A DNA stretch of 64,000 bases from Macrostomum lignano. Taxonomy: Eukaryota. Within the stretch, counting starts at the first letter, position 1. Each line of letters opens with the position of its first letter. A model generated the notes under the pieces. The model was not told the origin of the DNA, searched no databases, and saw nothing but the letters and a program-made list of their open reading frames with translations. The stretch is taken from positions 50,105-114,104 of the forward strand of contig NIVC01002213.1 of NCBI GenBank assembly GCA_002269645.1, read 5' to 3'. A program made the translations under genes and the position numbers. Positions 52,810 to 64,000 of this stretch are shown piece by piece.

Positions 52810-53280
52810 GATGTGTCTTAGTGTGTCCTGATGTGTCATAGTGTGTTCTGATGTGTCATAGTGTGTCCTGATGTGTCATAGTGTGTCCTGATGTGTCATA
52901 GTGTGTTCTGATGTGTCGTAGTGTGTCCTGATGTGTCATAGTGTGTCCTGATGTGTCATAGTGTGTCCTGATGTGTCATAGTGTGTCCTGATGTGTCATA
53001 GTGTGTCCTGATGTGTCATAGTGTGTCCTGATGTGTCATAGTGTGTCCTGATGTGTCATATGTGTCCTGATGTGTCATAGTGTGTCCTGATGTGTCATAG
53101 TGTGTCCTGATGTGTCATAGTGTGTCCTGATGTGTCATAGTGTGTCCTGATGTGTCATAGTGTGTCTGATGTGTCTTAGTGTGTCCTGATGTGTCTTAGT
53201 GTCTCTTGATATATATTTTAGTGTGTCCTGATGTGTCTCAGTGTGTCCTGATGTGTCCTATGTGTCCTGATGTGTCTCAT
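52810..53280. repeat. 20-bp minisatellite (ATGTGTCATAGTGTGTCCTG)
   Basis: About 23 copies. Confidence 0.95.
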
Positions 53281-54055
53281 GTATTAGTCTCTATCCGACC
53301 CTCGGCAATAGCAATCCGGCCCGTTCAAGGTTTGTCTCTTCTCAGCTCTCTCCTCTCTTTTCTCCTCCCTCCCCTCTTATCTCCTCTCTCGCCTTTCCTC
53401 TCTCGCCTCACTTCTCTTATCTCCTCTCTCCTTTCCTCTCACCTGGCCCGCGGCCATGAGCTGGATTCTTTATCTGATCCTTGAGGTAAAAATTTTCGCC
53501 AGCATCTCGCAGGTTCCTCCATCAACTGCAGCGGCTGTCATGCTACTCTCATGAGACAGTTGAACTTTCACCGAGATGAAAACGGGACACCAACAGGGCT
53601 ACCGTTCGCCGTGCACTCCTGCTTCTGTCCTCGTATATAAAATTTAATATTCTCGCTTTTCAAAGTACGCGCTGGTTAACCGCGAGGCCCAACGGGAAAG
53701 TACTGAAGGCTTCAGGTTTTCCTTGCCCCCGGGGGTGGCTGCAGGAACAGTCAGCCAGGTGAATGCGGGGTCAGACCGGAGCCGACAGGCAGCCTGGCAG
53801 GAAAGGGAGAAGGTATTTTTGACAGGCAGGGCCGGAGTGTACAGGCCTGTGAGCTGAGCGCGCCTCAGTCCCGTACAGACTGTCCGCGCAGCCCTCACCA
53901 GCGGTAGAAAAGGGGCGAAAGGCGGGCGTCATTTGTAACCAGACCCAACTACAAAAAACGAGGCAGCGTCTCTCCAATCCAGAGAGAATTCGAGGCTCGC
54001 TATCGGCTTGGCAGTCCTTGACAGCCGCCTGACACACCGCCGGGCACCGCAGGAG

Positions 54056-56738
54056 ATGCCGGGCCGCCAGCCGGGCCGCTGGCATCGGGTCCTGGCCGTG
54101 GTCCTGGTCAGCGCCGTCTTCTTCAGCGACCAGATGCTCACCACCGTCATCATCCCCATCGTCCACGACCAGCTGTGCCGCGCCGCCGCCGACCACGTCG
54201 ACACGGCCGACGGCCTCCTGGGCGCCTTCAACTCCAGCTCCGAGGCCTGCGCCGAGTCTGACGTGAAAATCCAGTCGGCCTTCCTGGTGGGGCTGAAGGG
54301 CCTGGTGCAGATCGCCATGAACCCGCTGATCGGCAAGCTCATCGACCTGCTGTTCCCCGCCGCCATCCTCCTGGTGGGCATCGCCGCCGACTGCATCTCC
54401 ATTCTGCTGTACGGCCTGGGCGACTCCTACTGGGTCTTCCTGCTGGCCCGGGCCGTGAACGGCGCTGGGTCCGCCGCCATCGGCACCAGCGGCCTCGCCC
54501 AGGTGGCGACCTGCTTCACCTCGCTGCGGATGCGCAACCGGGCCATCGGCATCGCCAACTTCGTGCTGTTCTCCGCCAACGCGCTGGGCCCGGCCTACGG
54601 GGGCTTCATCTACGAGCGGACGGGCCGGGGAGTCGTGTTCCTGGCCTACCTGCCCATGTTCGCCGCCACCGCCTGCCTGCTGGTGCCGCTGCTCCGACAG
54701 GGCCTGGTGCGGCAGCGGGGCGGCCGGCCCGAGGGTGAGCCGCGGTCGAGGGGCTTCTGGGGGCTTCTTGGCTCGTAAAAGGAACTCCTATCTAGAGACA
54801 GCACTTGAGTCTCTAGATCTACAGTACTCGGGTCTCTAGATTTACAGCACTCGGGTCTCCTATATCTACAGCACTCGGGTCTCTATATCTACAGCACTCG
54901 GGTCTCTATATCTACAGCACACGGGTCTCTATATCTACAGCACTCGGGTCTCTATATCTACAGCACTGGGGTCTCTAGATCTACAGCACACGGGTCTCCT
55001 CTAGATCTACAGCACTCGGGTCTCTAGATCTACAGCACTCGGGTCTCTAGATCTACAGCACTCGGGTCTCTAGATCTACAGCACACGGGTCTCCTCTAGA
55101 TTTACAGCACACATGGGTCTCCTCTAGATCTAAAGCACTCGGGTCTCTAGATCTACAGCACTCGGGTCTCTAGATCTACAGCACTCGAGTCTCCTCTAGA
55201 TCTACAGCACTCGGGTTTCTAGATCTACAGCACTCGGGTCTCCTCTAGATTTACAGCTCTTGGATCTCTAGATCTACAGCACTCGGGTCTCTAGATCTAC
55301 AGCGCACGGGTCTCCTCTGTATTTACAGCTCATGGGTCTCTAGATCTACAGCACTCGGGTCTCTAGATCTACAGCACTCGGGTCTTTAGATCTACAGCAC
55401 TCGAGTCTCCTCTAGATCTACAGCACTCGGGTCTCTAGATCTACAGGACTCGGGTCTCCTCTAGATCTACAGTACTCGGGTCTCCTCTAGATCTACAGCA
55501 CTCGGGTCTCCTCTAGATCTACAGCACTCGGGTCTCCTCTAGATCTACAGTACTCGGGTCTCCTCTAGATCTACAGCACTCGGGTCTCCTCTAGATCTAC
55601 AACACACGGGTCTCCTCTAGATCTACAGCACTCGGGTCTCCTCTAGATCTACAGCACTCGGGTCTCCTCTAGATCTACAGCACACGGGTCTCCTCTAGAT
55701 CTACAGCACTCGGGTCTCCTCTAGATCTACAGTACTCGGGTCTCCTCTAGATCTACAGCACTCGGGTCTCCTCTAGATTTACAGCACTCGGGTCTCTAGA
55801 TTTACAGCACTCGGGTCTCCTCTAGATCTACAGTACTCGGGTCTCTAATCTACAGCAGCCACATTCCTCTCCGCTCAGGCCCCGCGGCCCCGCAGTCACC
55901 GCAGCACCGGCCACCATCGCAGCAGCAGCAACCGCAGCAGCAGGACGCTGGCGACGCGGTTGCGGTTTCCTCCCCGACGTCGTCGCCCGCTGCCATCGAC
56001 GCCGATCATCTCGTAGTGCCAGACAGTGGCAATGATGAGGAGGTCGCGGCGAAGCGGCCGAAGCCGACGCCGCTGTGGCGGCTGCTGACGGACCCACACA
56101 TCGCGGCGTGCGCGGGCGGCCTGATCGTGGCCAACCTGTCCCACAACTGCCTGGCCGCCACGCTGGGCATCTGGATGCACCACCGCTACGAGGCCACGGA
56201 CACGCAGAAGGGCCTCGTCTGGTTGCCGACGCTGCCGTTCCACTTCGCGGCCACCGTGGCCAGCGTGTGGCTGTGCAACCGGGCGCCCGCTTGGCGCGGC
56301 TGGGTAGCGGCCGGCGGCCTGGCGCTGGGCGGCCTGGCGTGCGCGCTGCTGCCTTTCATGCCAGGCAAGGCCTGGTGCACCCTGCCCATCGGCCTGGTGT
56401 TCGCCAGCATCGCCGTGCTGGACGTCACCCTGCTGCCCCTGCTCAGTCACCTGGTGGACAGGCGGCACACGCCGGTGTACGGCTCCGTGTCCTGCATCGC
56501 GCACGCCTCCTTCAGCATCGCCACGGCCTTCGGAGCCTTCGCAGCCGGGCCGATCTTCCTGCACCTGGGATTCGCCTACCTGTTTGTCATCCTGTGCGTG
56601 GTGTGCCTGGCCTACACGCCCATTGTGCTCTTCACCAGCCGGCTGCACAACCGGCAGGAGGATCTGTGCGGCCAGCAGCAGCTGCAGCAGCGGCAGCAGG
56701 CAGAGGATAAACAGAAGCAGACACCGTCTGAAGCATGA
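54056..56738 (+). CDS. SLC18A: SLC18 (VMAT/VAChT)-family MFS vesicular transporter, divergent, about 512 aa; exons 54056-54734, 55879-56738 (alternative acceptor 56017)
   Basis: SDQMLTTVIIPIV, LKGLVQIAMNPLIG, LLTDPHIAACAGG..AN and LVDRRHTPVYGSV align with VMAT motifs. Phase-1 GT-AG intron. Confidence 0.88.
54795..55852. repeat. 23/26-bp minisatellite filling the transporter intron (TCTAGATCTACAGCACTCGGGTC[TCC])
   Basis: About 43 copies. Confidence 0.96.
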
Positions 56739-57127
56739 GGCCTGGAGTTTTCTGGGTTCGGTAGCGAAACTAATAGAGTAATTATTTTTTAAACACCGAT
56801 TCATTTCCACTCCAACTGTTGAGCGCAATTGATTTGCATTCGCATTCTTTCTCTCGTTCTGAGAGAATTTCAAACGCACAAATCTGCTATTTCTACTTGC
56901 AGTAGGAAATTGAGCGCATAGTAGACTAATATTGCTTGTGTTTTTTTCTCCCCGTACACTTATTTCTTGAGGCAGATTATTTTTAGATAGAACCAGAAAC
57001 TCTGCAGCGATTCAGATTTCAATTTCTTGCTGAGTTTATTACTTGTTGCGAAAAAAATAGCGATGTACAATGAATAAATACAGGTAGTGACAAGCTTTCT
57101 GAGTGACTGACTGGTTTGACGGGAACT

Positions 57128-57712
57128 GAGTGACAGAGACCGAGGGACAGAGAACGAGGGAAAGAGACCGAGGGACAGAGACCGAGTGACGGAGACCGAG
57201 TGACAGAGACGGAGTGACAGAGACCGAGTGACGGAGACCGAGTGACAGAGACGGAGTGACAGAGACGGAGTGACAGAGACCGAGGGACAGAGACCGAGTG
57301 ACAGAGACCGAGTGACGGAGACCGAGTGACAGAGACCGAGTGGCAGAGACCGAGGGACAGAGACCGAGTGACAGAGACCGAGGGACAGAGACCGAGTGAC
57401 AGAGACTGAGTGACAGAGACCGAGGGATAGAGACCGAGGGATAGAGAACGAGTGACAGAGACTGAGTGACAGAGACCGAGTGACAGAGGCCGAGTGAAAA
57501 AGACCGAATGACAGAGACCGAGTGACAGAGACCGAGTGAAAGAGACCGAGTGACAGAGACCGAGTGACAGAGACCGAGTGACAGAGACCGAGTGACAGAG
57601 ACCGAGTGACAGAGACCGAGTGACAGAGACCGAGTGACAGAGACCGAGTGACAGAGACCAAGTGACAGAGACCGAGTGACAGAGACCGAGTGACAGAGAC
57701 CGAGTGACAGGG
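57128..57712. repeat. 14-bp minisatellite (GAGTGACAGAGACC)
   Basis: About 41 copies. Confidence 0.96.
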
Positions 57713-57810
57713 ACCCTGCGAAAAAGCTCCTTGCAACGCTGACTGGATAGCAAATTTGAGATCGAACGGCAGGGAGTGGAGAGGGGAAAGCGGGCAGCAC
57801 GGCCGGGGTT

Positions 57811-58028
57811 TCAGTCTCGCGGGTCCAGCAGCCCCAGCCTCCTGATGATGGTGTACTGGTCGGGGATCTCCATCAGTGCCGCCACCGCGAAGGCGATCTC
57901 CGGGTTGTGCCGGTTCTCGCTGACCGTGGCGTGATAGTTCACGAACCGGAAATTGTCAAACTGGCGCTGTGGCAACTGCTTGTCGAATTCCACCATCATG
58001 TCCCAGGGGCCGTCTCCGACACCTTCAT

Positions 58029-58089
<61 letters not shown>

Positions 58090-60204
58090 TATTCATTTAC
58101 GAGCTATTGGCTGCCTGACTGACTGATTGATTTATAGTTGTAGTGATTGATGAATTTAAAGATTTATAAATTTATAGATTTATAGATTTTTTTATTGAAT
58201 AACTTATAAATGTTGTAATTATTTGATTTATTGGTTGATTGGCTGACTGATTAACTGATTGGCTGACTGACTGACTGATTTATTGCTCACCAATAGTGAT
58301 GATACTCAGCGGCCACAGGGACGCCATCTCGATGGCCTCCACCGTCTCGCGCTCGCACACGACCTGCCCGTCAGCCACGATCACCAGGATGTGGTAGGAG
58401 CCGGTGGCCCGGCAGATTTGCACCGCCTTCTCAATCAGGGGCGCGAAGTTTGTTGGCCCGCTGAACTGGGCGCTGAGGGCGCGGGCGCAGTAGGCCTTGA
58501 AGACTCCCTGCGAGAGACGGGGCAGCGAGGGGGTAGAGTGAGTCCAGAGTGAGTCCAGAGTGAGTCCAGAGTGAGTCCAGAGTGAGTCCAGAGTGAGTCC
58601 AGAGTGAGTCCAGAGTGAGTCCAGAGTGAGTCCAGAGTGAGTCCAGAGTGAGTCCAGAGTGAGTCCAGAGTGAGTCCAGAGTGAGTCCAGAGTGAGTCCA
58701 GAGTGAGTCCAGAGTGAGTCCAGAGTGAGTCCAGAGTGAGTCCAGAGTGAGTCCAGAGTGAGTCCAGAGTGAGTCCAGAGTGAGTCCAGAGTGAGTCCAG
58801 AGTGAGTCCAGAGTGAGTCCAGAGTGAGTCCAGAGTGAGTCCAGAGTGAGTCCAGAGTGAGTCCAGAGTGAGTCCAGAGTGAGTCCAGAGTGAGTCCAGA
58901 GTGAGTCCAGAGTGAGTCCAGAGTGAGTCCAGAGTGAGTCCAGAGTGAGTCCAGAGTGAGTCCAGAGTGAGTCCAGAGTGAGTCCAGAGTGAGTCCAGAG
59001 TGAGTCCAGAGTGAGTCCAGAGTGAGTCCAGAGTGAGTCCAGAGTGAGTCCAGAGTGAGTCCAGAGTGAGTCCAGAGTGAGTCCAGAGTGAGTCCAGAGT
59101 GAGTCCAGAGTGAGTCCAGAGTGAGTCCAGAGTGAGTCCAGAGTGAATCCAGAGTGAGTTCTGGGTGCCCCAAGCTACCTGGAATCCGCAGCAGGTGTCC
59201 CCAGTGCCCCCCCCCAGCTACCTGGAATCCGCAGCAGGTGTCTTCGGTACCCAGCGGGAACACCGCGCCATTCTTGTAGCGGAAGTCGCCGAAGCCGAAG
59301 GCGGGGATGTGGCCGTCGCAGTCAGTCTGGAAGGTCTCCATGGTCTCGCCCAAGGTGATGATGACGCTCTGGTACGGGTTCAGGCCACCGCTGTGCAGGT
59401 CGTGAAGGCTCCTGCCGCCGAAGCTCTCAGCGCCCTAGCAACCGCAAGGTTGGGAAGTAGGTTAGGGATGGAGAGACTCGGAGAGGCTGAATAAGTGCTT
59501 CATATCTAAAAGCTTGGAGTATGCGGCATGGTTCCTGCACCGCAGCAGAGCAGTTCTTGTACCAGAATGGTCCTATTAGTACCAGAATGGTCCTATTAGT
59601 ACCAGAATGGGGCTTCAATTGTATATTTTAAGTTCAGTTCGGTCTTGTACAACCTGTACATTCTACTCATGTACAACCGGTACATGCTACTCATGTACAA
59701 ACGGTACATGCTACTCATGTACGAGCTACAACCGGTACATACTACTCATGTACAACCGGTACATGCTACTCATGTACAACCGGTATATGCTACTCATGTA
59801 CAACCGGTATATGCTACTCATGTACATGGCACGGCCGAAGCTGCTTTCTGACGGCCCACCTGGAAGTTGTTGCTGGCCGTGAAGTCGATGCCAAAGATGA
59901 GGTTCGCAGACTCCAGGCCGGCCTTGCGCAGGGCGTCCTTGACCTCGTTGAGTGTCCGAAATCTGTCCGGATTGGAGGGGAATTTGGCCAGACTGCCGGG
60001 CAGTGGCCTGTCCGGATTGGCCGAGTGGCAGCACTCTGCCTCGGTGACGCCGCCGCAGTGGATGTACACCTCCTGCCTGCCGAACAGCATCCTGAAGAGG
60101 TACACGGCAGCGGCCACCACCAGCAGGGTGATGAACTGCGCCTGCAGGTCGCTGTGGTGCCACCAGTCGTGCAGGAATTCGTAGGCAGAGTCGCCCTGCT
60201 CCAT
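57811..60204 (-). CDS. Copine/RGLG-type vWA-domain protein with N-terminal TM segment, 328 aa; exons 60204-59860, 59434-59222, 58507-58291, 58022-57811
   Basis: [72 protein letters not shown] and AALMEIP. Four exons join in phase (987 nt). Confidence 0.92.
58536..59160. repeat. 11-bp homogeneous minisatellite (CCAGAGTGAGT) in copine intron 2
   Basis: About 57 almost identical copies. Confidence 0.97.
59645..59828. repeat. 24-bp minisatellite in copine intron 1 (ATGTACAACCGGTACATGCTACTC)
   Basis: Read directly. Confidence 0.9.
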
Positions 60205-60544
60205 GCCACACTGCACAGTTTGAAAATTCAAATTGCTGGACCTTCGAACTTGTGCGTTGTAAATAAACGGCCTGTCGGGCATTCGTTTCAAGAGAGCACG
60301 AAAATACGTCAAAGAATGTACACGAATGAATGTGCACTAGAATGTATATAGTAACTCACACCCTCCATTGCCCGGCATTTTTCTCTTTCACCCACACCCC
60401 CTCTCCATGCCGAAGATTCCTGCCGAGCATTCGCTGAATGAGTCACGGCTGAGTCATTGGCCGCGGCTCTCCCGTCCCCCGCCGCCCACTTCCAGCCGCC
60501 CACTTCCAGCGGCATTAGGCGTAAATTATATCTATTTTTAGCCC

Positions 60545-61115
60545 TGCTTGCCTGCCTGAGTGTCCTCTGAGTGTCCCTGCATCTGCGAGTGTCTCTGAGT
60601 GCATGTCCCTGCATCTGCGAGTGTCTCTGAGTGCATGTCCCTGCATCTGTGAGTGTCTCTGAGTCTATGTCCCTGCATCTGTGAGTGTCTCTGAATGCAT
60701 TTCCCTGCATCTGCGAGTGTCTCTGAGTGCATGTCCCTGCATCTGCGAGTGTCTCTGAGTGCATGTCCCTGCATCTGTGAGTGTCTCTGAGTGCATGTCC
60801 CTGCATCTGCGAGTGTCTCTGAGTCCATGTCCCTGCATCTGCGAGTGTCTCTGAGTGCATGTCCCTGCATCTGCGAGTGTCTCTGAGTGCATGTCCCTGC
60901 ATCTGTGAGTGTCTCTGAGTGCATGTCCCTGCATCTGCGAGTGTCTCTGAGTCCATGTCCCTGCATCTGCGAGTGTCTCTGAGTCCATGTCCCTGCCTCG
61001 GAGCCTCTGAGTCCATGTCCCTGCCTCGGAGCCTCTGAGTCCATGTCCCTGCCTCGGAGCCTCTGAGTCCATGTCCCTGCCTCGAAGCCTCTGAGTCCAT
61101 GTCCCTGCCTCGGAG
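60545..61115. repeat. Bipartite 32-bp then 28-bp minisatellite (shared GAGT.CATGTCCCTGC)
   Basis: Read directly. Confidence 0.93.
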
Positions 61116-61647
61116 TCTATGAGTTGTGAACAGAACATACAGAACAGAAGAGAAGCTCTGTGAGTGTGGGTGCATTTAAAAATCTAAACGGTCTGTTTTC
61201 ATGCTCAAAGGCACGTATGTGAATAAGTAAACGAATATCTTCAAGACAAATGGATTTTAGCAATCTGAGCACTAACAAAATGAGCTGTCAGCCAGCTCCC
61301 AAAGAAGCAGAGCTCCCATTGTGCTTAGAATCCAAGGGCAGGTATTTATTCAGAGTCAGAACGCATTCTTGCGGGGTGTTGGGGCGGGTGCAAAGGGCGA
61401 AATCAGAAATAGCAGAGCTCGGCAGTGCATGTTGACTATGTACAATATGCAGCGATTGTGTAAAGAATATATGAATATATAGCAGCTAATGTTGCAGATC
61501 CATCGGACGTTAACAAAGTGAAATACAGTAAAGCAGGTGATAATATACTACTTTCAAATTCAAGTAGGCATTGAAGCACAAAGCAGACAAAAAACAAGTT
61601 GTCGATACAAAAACTTTGCAGCAGCGAATTTCGAGTCCGGCGGGCCC

Positions 61648-64000
61648 TCAGTGACGGAGGTCCGGGAGGGCTGCGATTTCCAGGAAACCAGAGTCCTGGC
61701 TGCCGGCGTGGCTGATCCCGCCGGGGCGGCGCCGGTGGGCGGCAGGGGCTTTGCTGACGCCGCGGAAGACGATGACGTCAGGGAGGAGAATTTGCGCAGC
61801 TGCCTGCAGCGGGTGAAGTGGCATCGTGGGCATGGGGATTGTTTTGAAGCTATGGTGATTATTGTGAAGCTATGGGGATTATTGTGAAGCTATGGGGATT
61901 ATTGTAAAGCTATGGGGATTATTGTGAAGCTATGGGGATTATTGTGAAGCTATGGGGATTATTGCGAAGCTATGGGGATTATTGTGAAGCTGTGGGGATT
62001 CTAACACTAGACCTGAAAAACCGCACACAGAATGAGTTACGGTCAGCGTCAGGTGCAAATGCCTACCTGGAGAGTTGGCAGAGTCAGCAGCGGCCTCGGC
62101 GTCTCGGGGCGGCTCCTTGACAGCCAAACTGTTGAGGGAGCAGAGCGACAGGCCGCAGCTGGTGTCTGCCACCAGGTCCGGCAGGGTCTCGAGGGCGGTA
62201 GCGACACCGGCGGCTGGAGGTCCCGAGTTCGAATCTCCGCGAGTCGCATATTCAGCAGTCTAAGCTGTTACAGGAAACAGGTAACGAATCAAACTTAACT
62301 CAAATCATGCTACTCAGAGTAGAGAGAAAAAAGTTTCATTAAAAATCTACCTTTTCCTGGATTTGCGAATTCCAGCGTCCGGCGCCGCTTCATCCGGGCC
62401 AGGCGGCCGGCGGGGCACTCGCTGAGAAGCCGCCGGTTGGCCGCCACCAGGGCCGCCTGCACGGCCGCCTCGTCTTCCAGTTGGCGGAGCTGGAAAGAAT
62501 TTGGTATGCGGGAACCCGGCATGACTGACTGGCCTGAGATAAGGGATCTCGGGTGGAATTAGCAAAATAAACTCGGCAGGTTGGCTATCTCGGCATGGGC
62601 TGGGCGGGGGATCAGACATAATAGGGGAAGAGGGGATCTGCGATCTGCCAGCGGATAAGCAAATCTAGAGGGAAAGAAGCGGACAACCCAAACCCCCAGA
62701 TGCGTTATCGGGACACTCGATCACACGGATCAAGGAGACGCTGAGCGGGATTCTGGAAATCCAATCACAGCTTCTGTTAGGCCAGGCAACAGCGGAGACA
62801 AGGGAGTGACACATAAAAATTCTCAATAATTTATGAGCAGCTAATCTATTTCGATAAAGTTGGCAATGTTATGAAGCTGAGTTATTTTGTGAATCTGACA
62901 CATGGAAATCATGGAAATAAAAGCACATTGCTTATGCTCTGGTTCTGAACCAATCTTTACACATTTTTGCACTTTCGAACATTTAGCTGTCACACCTGGC
63001 AAGCATAGATGCCACAAGATGCCCCAAGAAGCCCCAAGATGCCCCAAGATGCCCCAAGATGCCCCAAGATGCCACAAGATACCCCAAGATGCCCCAAGAT
63101 GCCCCAAGATGCCCCAAGATGCCCCAAGATGCCCCAAGATGCCCCAAGATGCCCCAAGATGCCCCAAGAAGCCCCAAGATGCCCAAGATGCCCCAAGATG
63201 CCCCAAGATGTCCCAAGATGCCCCAAGATGCCACAAGATGCCCCAAGATGCCCCAAGATGCCACAAGATGCCCCAAGATGCCCCAAGATGCCACAAGATG
63301 CCACAAGATGCCCCAAGATGCCCCAAGAAGCCACAAGATGTCCAAGATGCCCCAAGATGCCACAAGATGCCACAAGATGCCCCAAGAAGCCACAAGATGT
63401 CCCAAGATGCCACAAGATGCCCCAAGATGCCCCAAGATGCCACAAGATGCCCCAAGATGCCCCAAGATGCCACAAGATGCCCCAAGATGCCCCAAGATGC
63501 CACAAGATGCCCCAAGATGCCCCAAGATGCCACAAGATGCCCTAAGATGTCCAAGATGCCCCAAGATGCCACAAGATTCCCTAAGATGTCCCAAGATGCC
63601 CCAAGATGCCACAAGATTCCCCAAGATGCCCCAAGATGCCACAAGATGCCCCAAGATGCCCCAAGATGCCACAAGATGCCCTAAGATGTCCCAAGATGCC
63701 ACAAGATGCCCCAAGATGCCACAGGATGCCACAATATGCCACAATATGCCCTAAGATGCCACAGGATGCCACAACGAAAAGCAACACATTGGTTTCACCA
63801 AGCAGAACAGAAACAATTTAGCTAACCTCAGCAGACTCGAAGCCCCAGTCGCCAGCTTCGTCGCAGCAGTCCGGTGACTGGCGCACCGCAGCGGGAACTG
63901 CGTAGCCTGGCGGAGTCGCGGCGCCGCCACCTGCTCGAAGGACTCTCGATGCCGTCTCCAACCGAGGAAGCGTTGCAGGCCGGCGACTGCAGACTCTGTG
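61648..64000 (-). CDS. 3' part of an unidentified gene, running off the window end; candidate exons >=64000-63827, 62489-62351, 62213-62067, 61799-61648
   Basis: GC-rich exon-like patches with GT donors (63826, 62350, 62066) can be joined in one open frame ending ...SQDSGFLEIAALPDLRH*. Two acceptors were chosen to preserve frame, and no family was recognised. Confidence 0.45.
61845..61998. repeat. 20-bp minisatellite (TATGGGGATTATTGTGAAGC)
   Basis: About 7 copies. Confidence 0.92.
63008..63775. repeat. 10-bp minisatellite (GCC(C/A)CAAGAT) with 9-bp variants
   Basis: About 77 copies. Confidence 0.96.

Overview
This is animal nuclear DNA with spliceosomal introns. The gene content and repeat style suggest a flatworm such as Macrostomum, but that is inference. 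I hand-assembled 11 complete and 1 partial protein-coding genes. All junctions are GT-AG and the spliced CDS lengths are multiples of 3. The genes are: a tandem DUF1330-like gene (-), mitochondrial-type PEPCK (+), a small 4-TM protein (+), an atypical intronless kinase (+), IQCG/DRC9 (-, 7 exons) with a GPCR nested antisense in intron 2, a Cys-rich probably GPI-anchored protein (+), a divergent intronless alpha-tubulin (-), a second GPCR (+), a divergent SLC18-type transporter (+), a membrane-anchored copine-like vWA protein (-), and the 3' part of an unknown gene (-). About 40% of the window (hand tally) is tandem repeat, in about 40 different micro/minisatellite arrays, many filling introns. 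Most long ORFs in the track are repeat or antisense shadows. Mobile element remnants are a LINE RT fragment, an internally deleted mariner with TIRs, and a probable RTE 3' end. I found no rRNA, tRNA or CRISPR array. The best leads are a 33-bp array whose variation is synonymous in one frame, higher-order minisatellite structure, splice-signal-bearing intron arrays, and several functionally divergent proteins. I did not find a clear-cut new multi-gene system.
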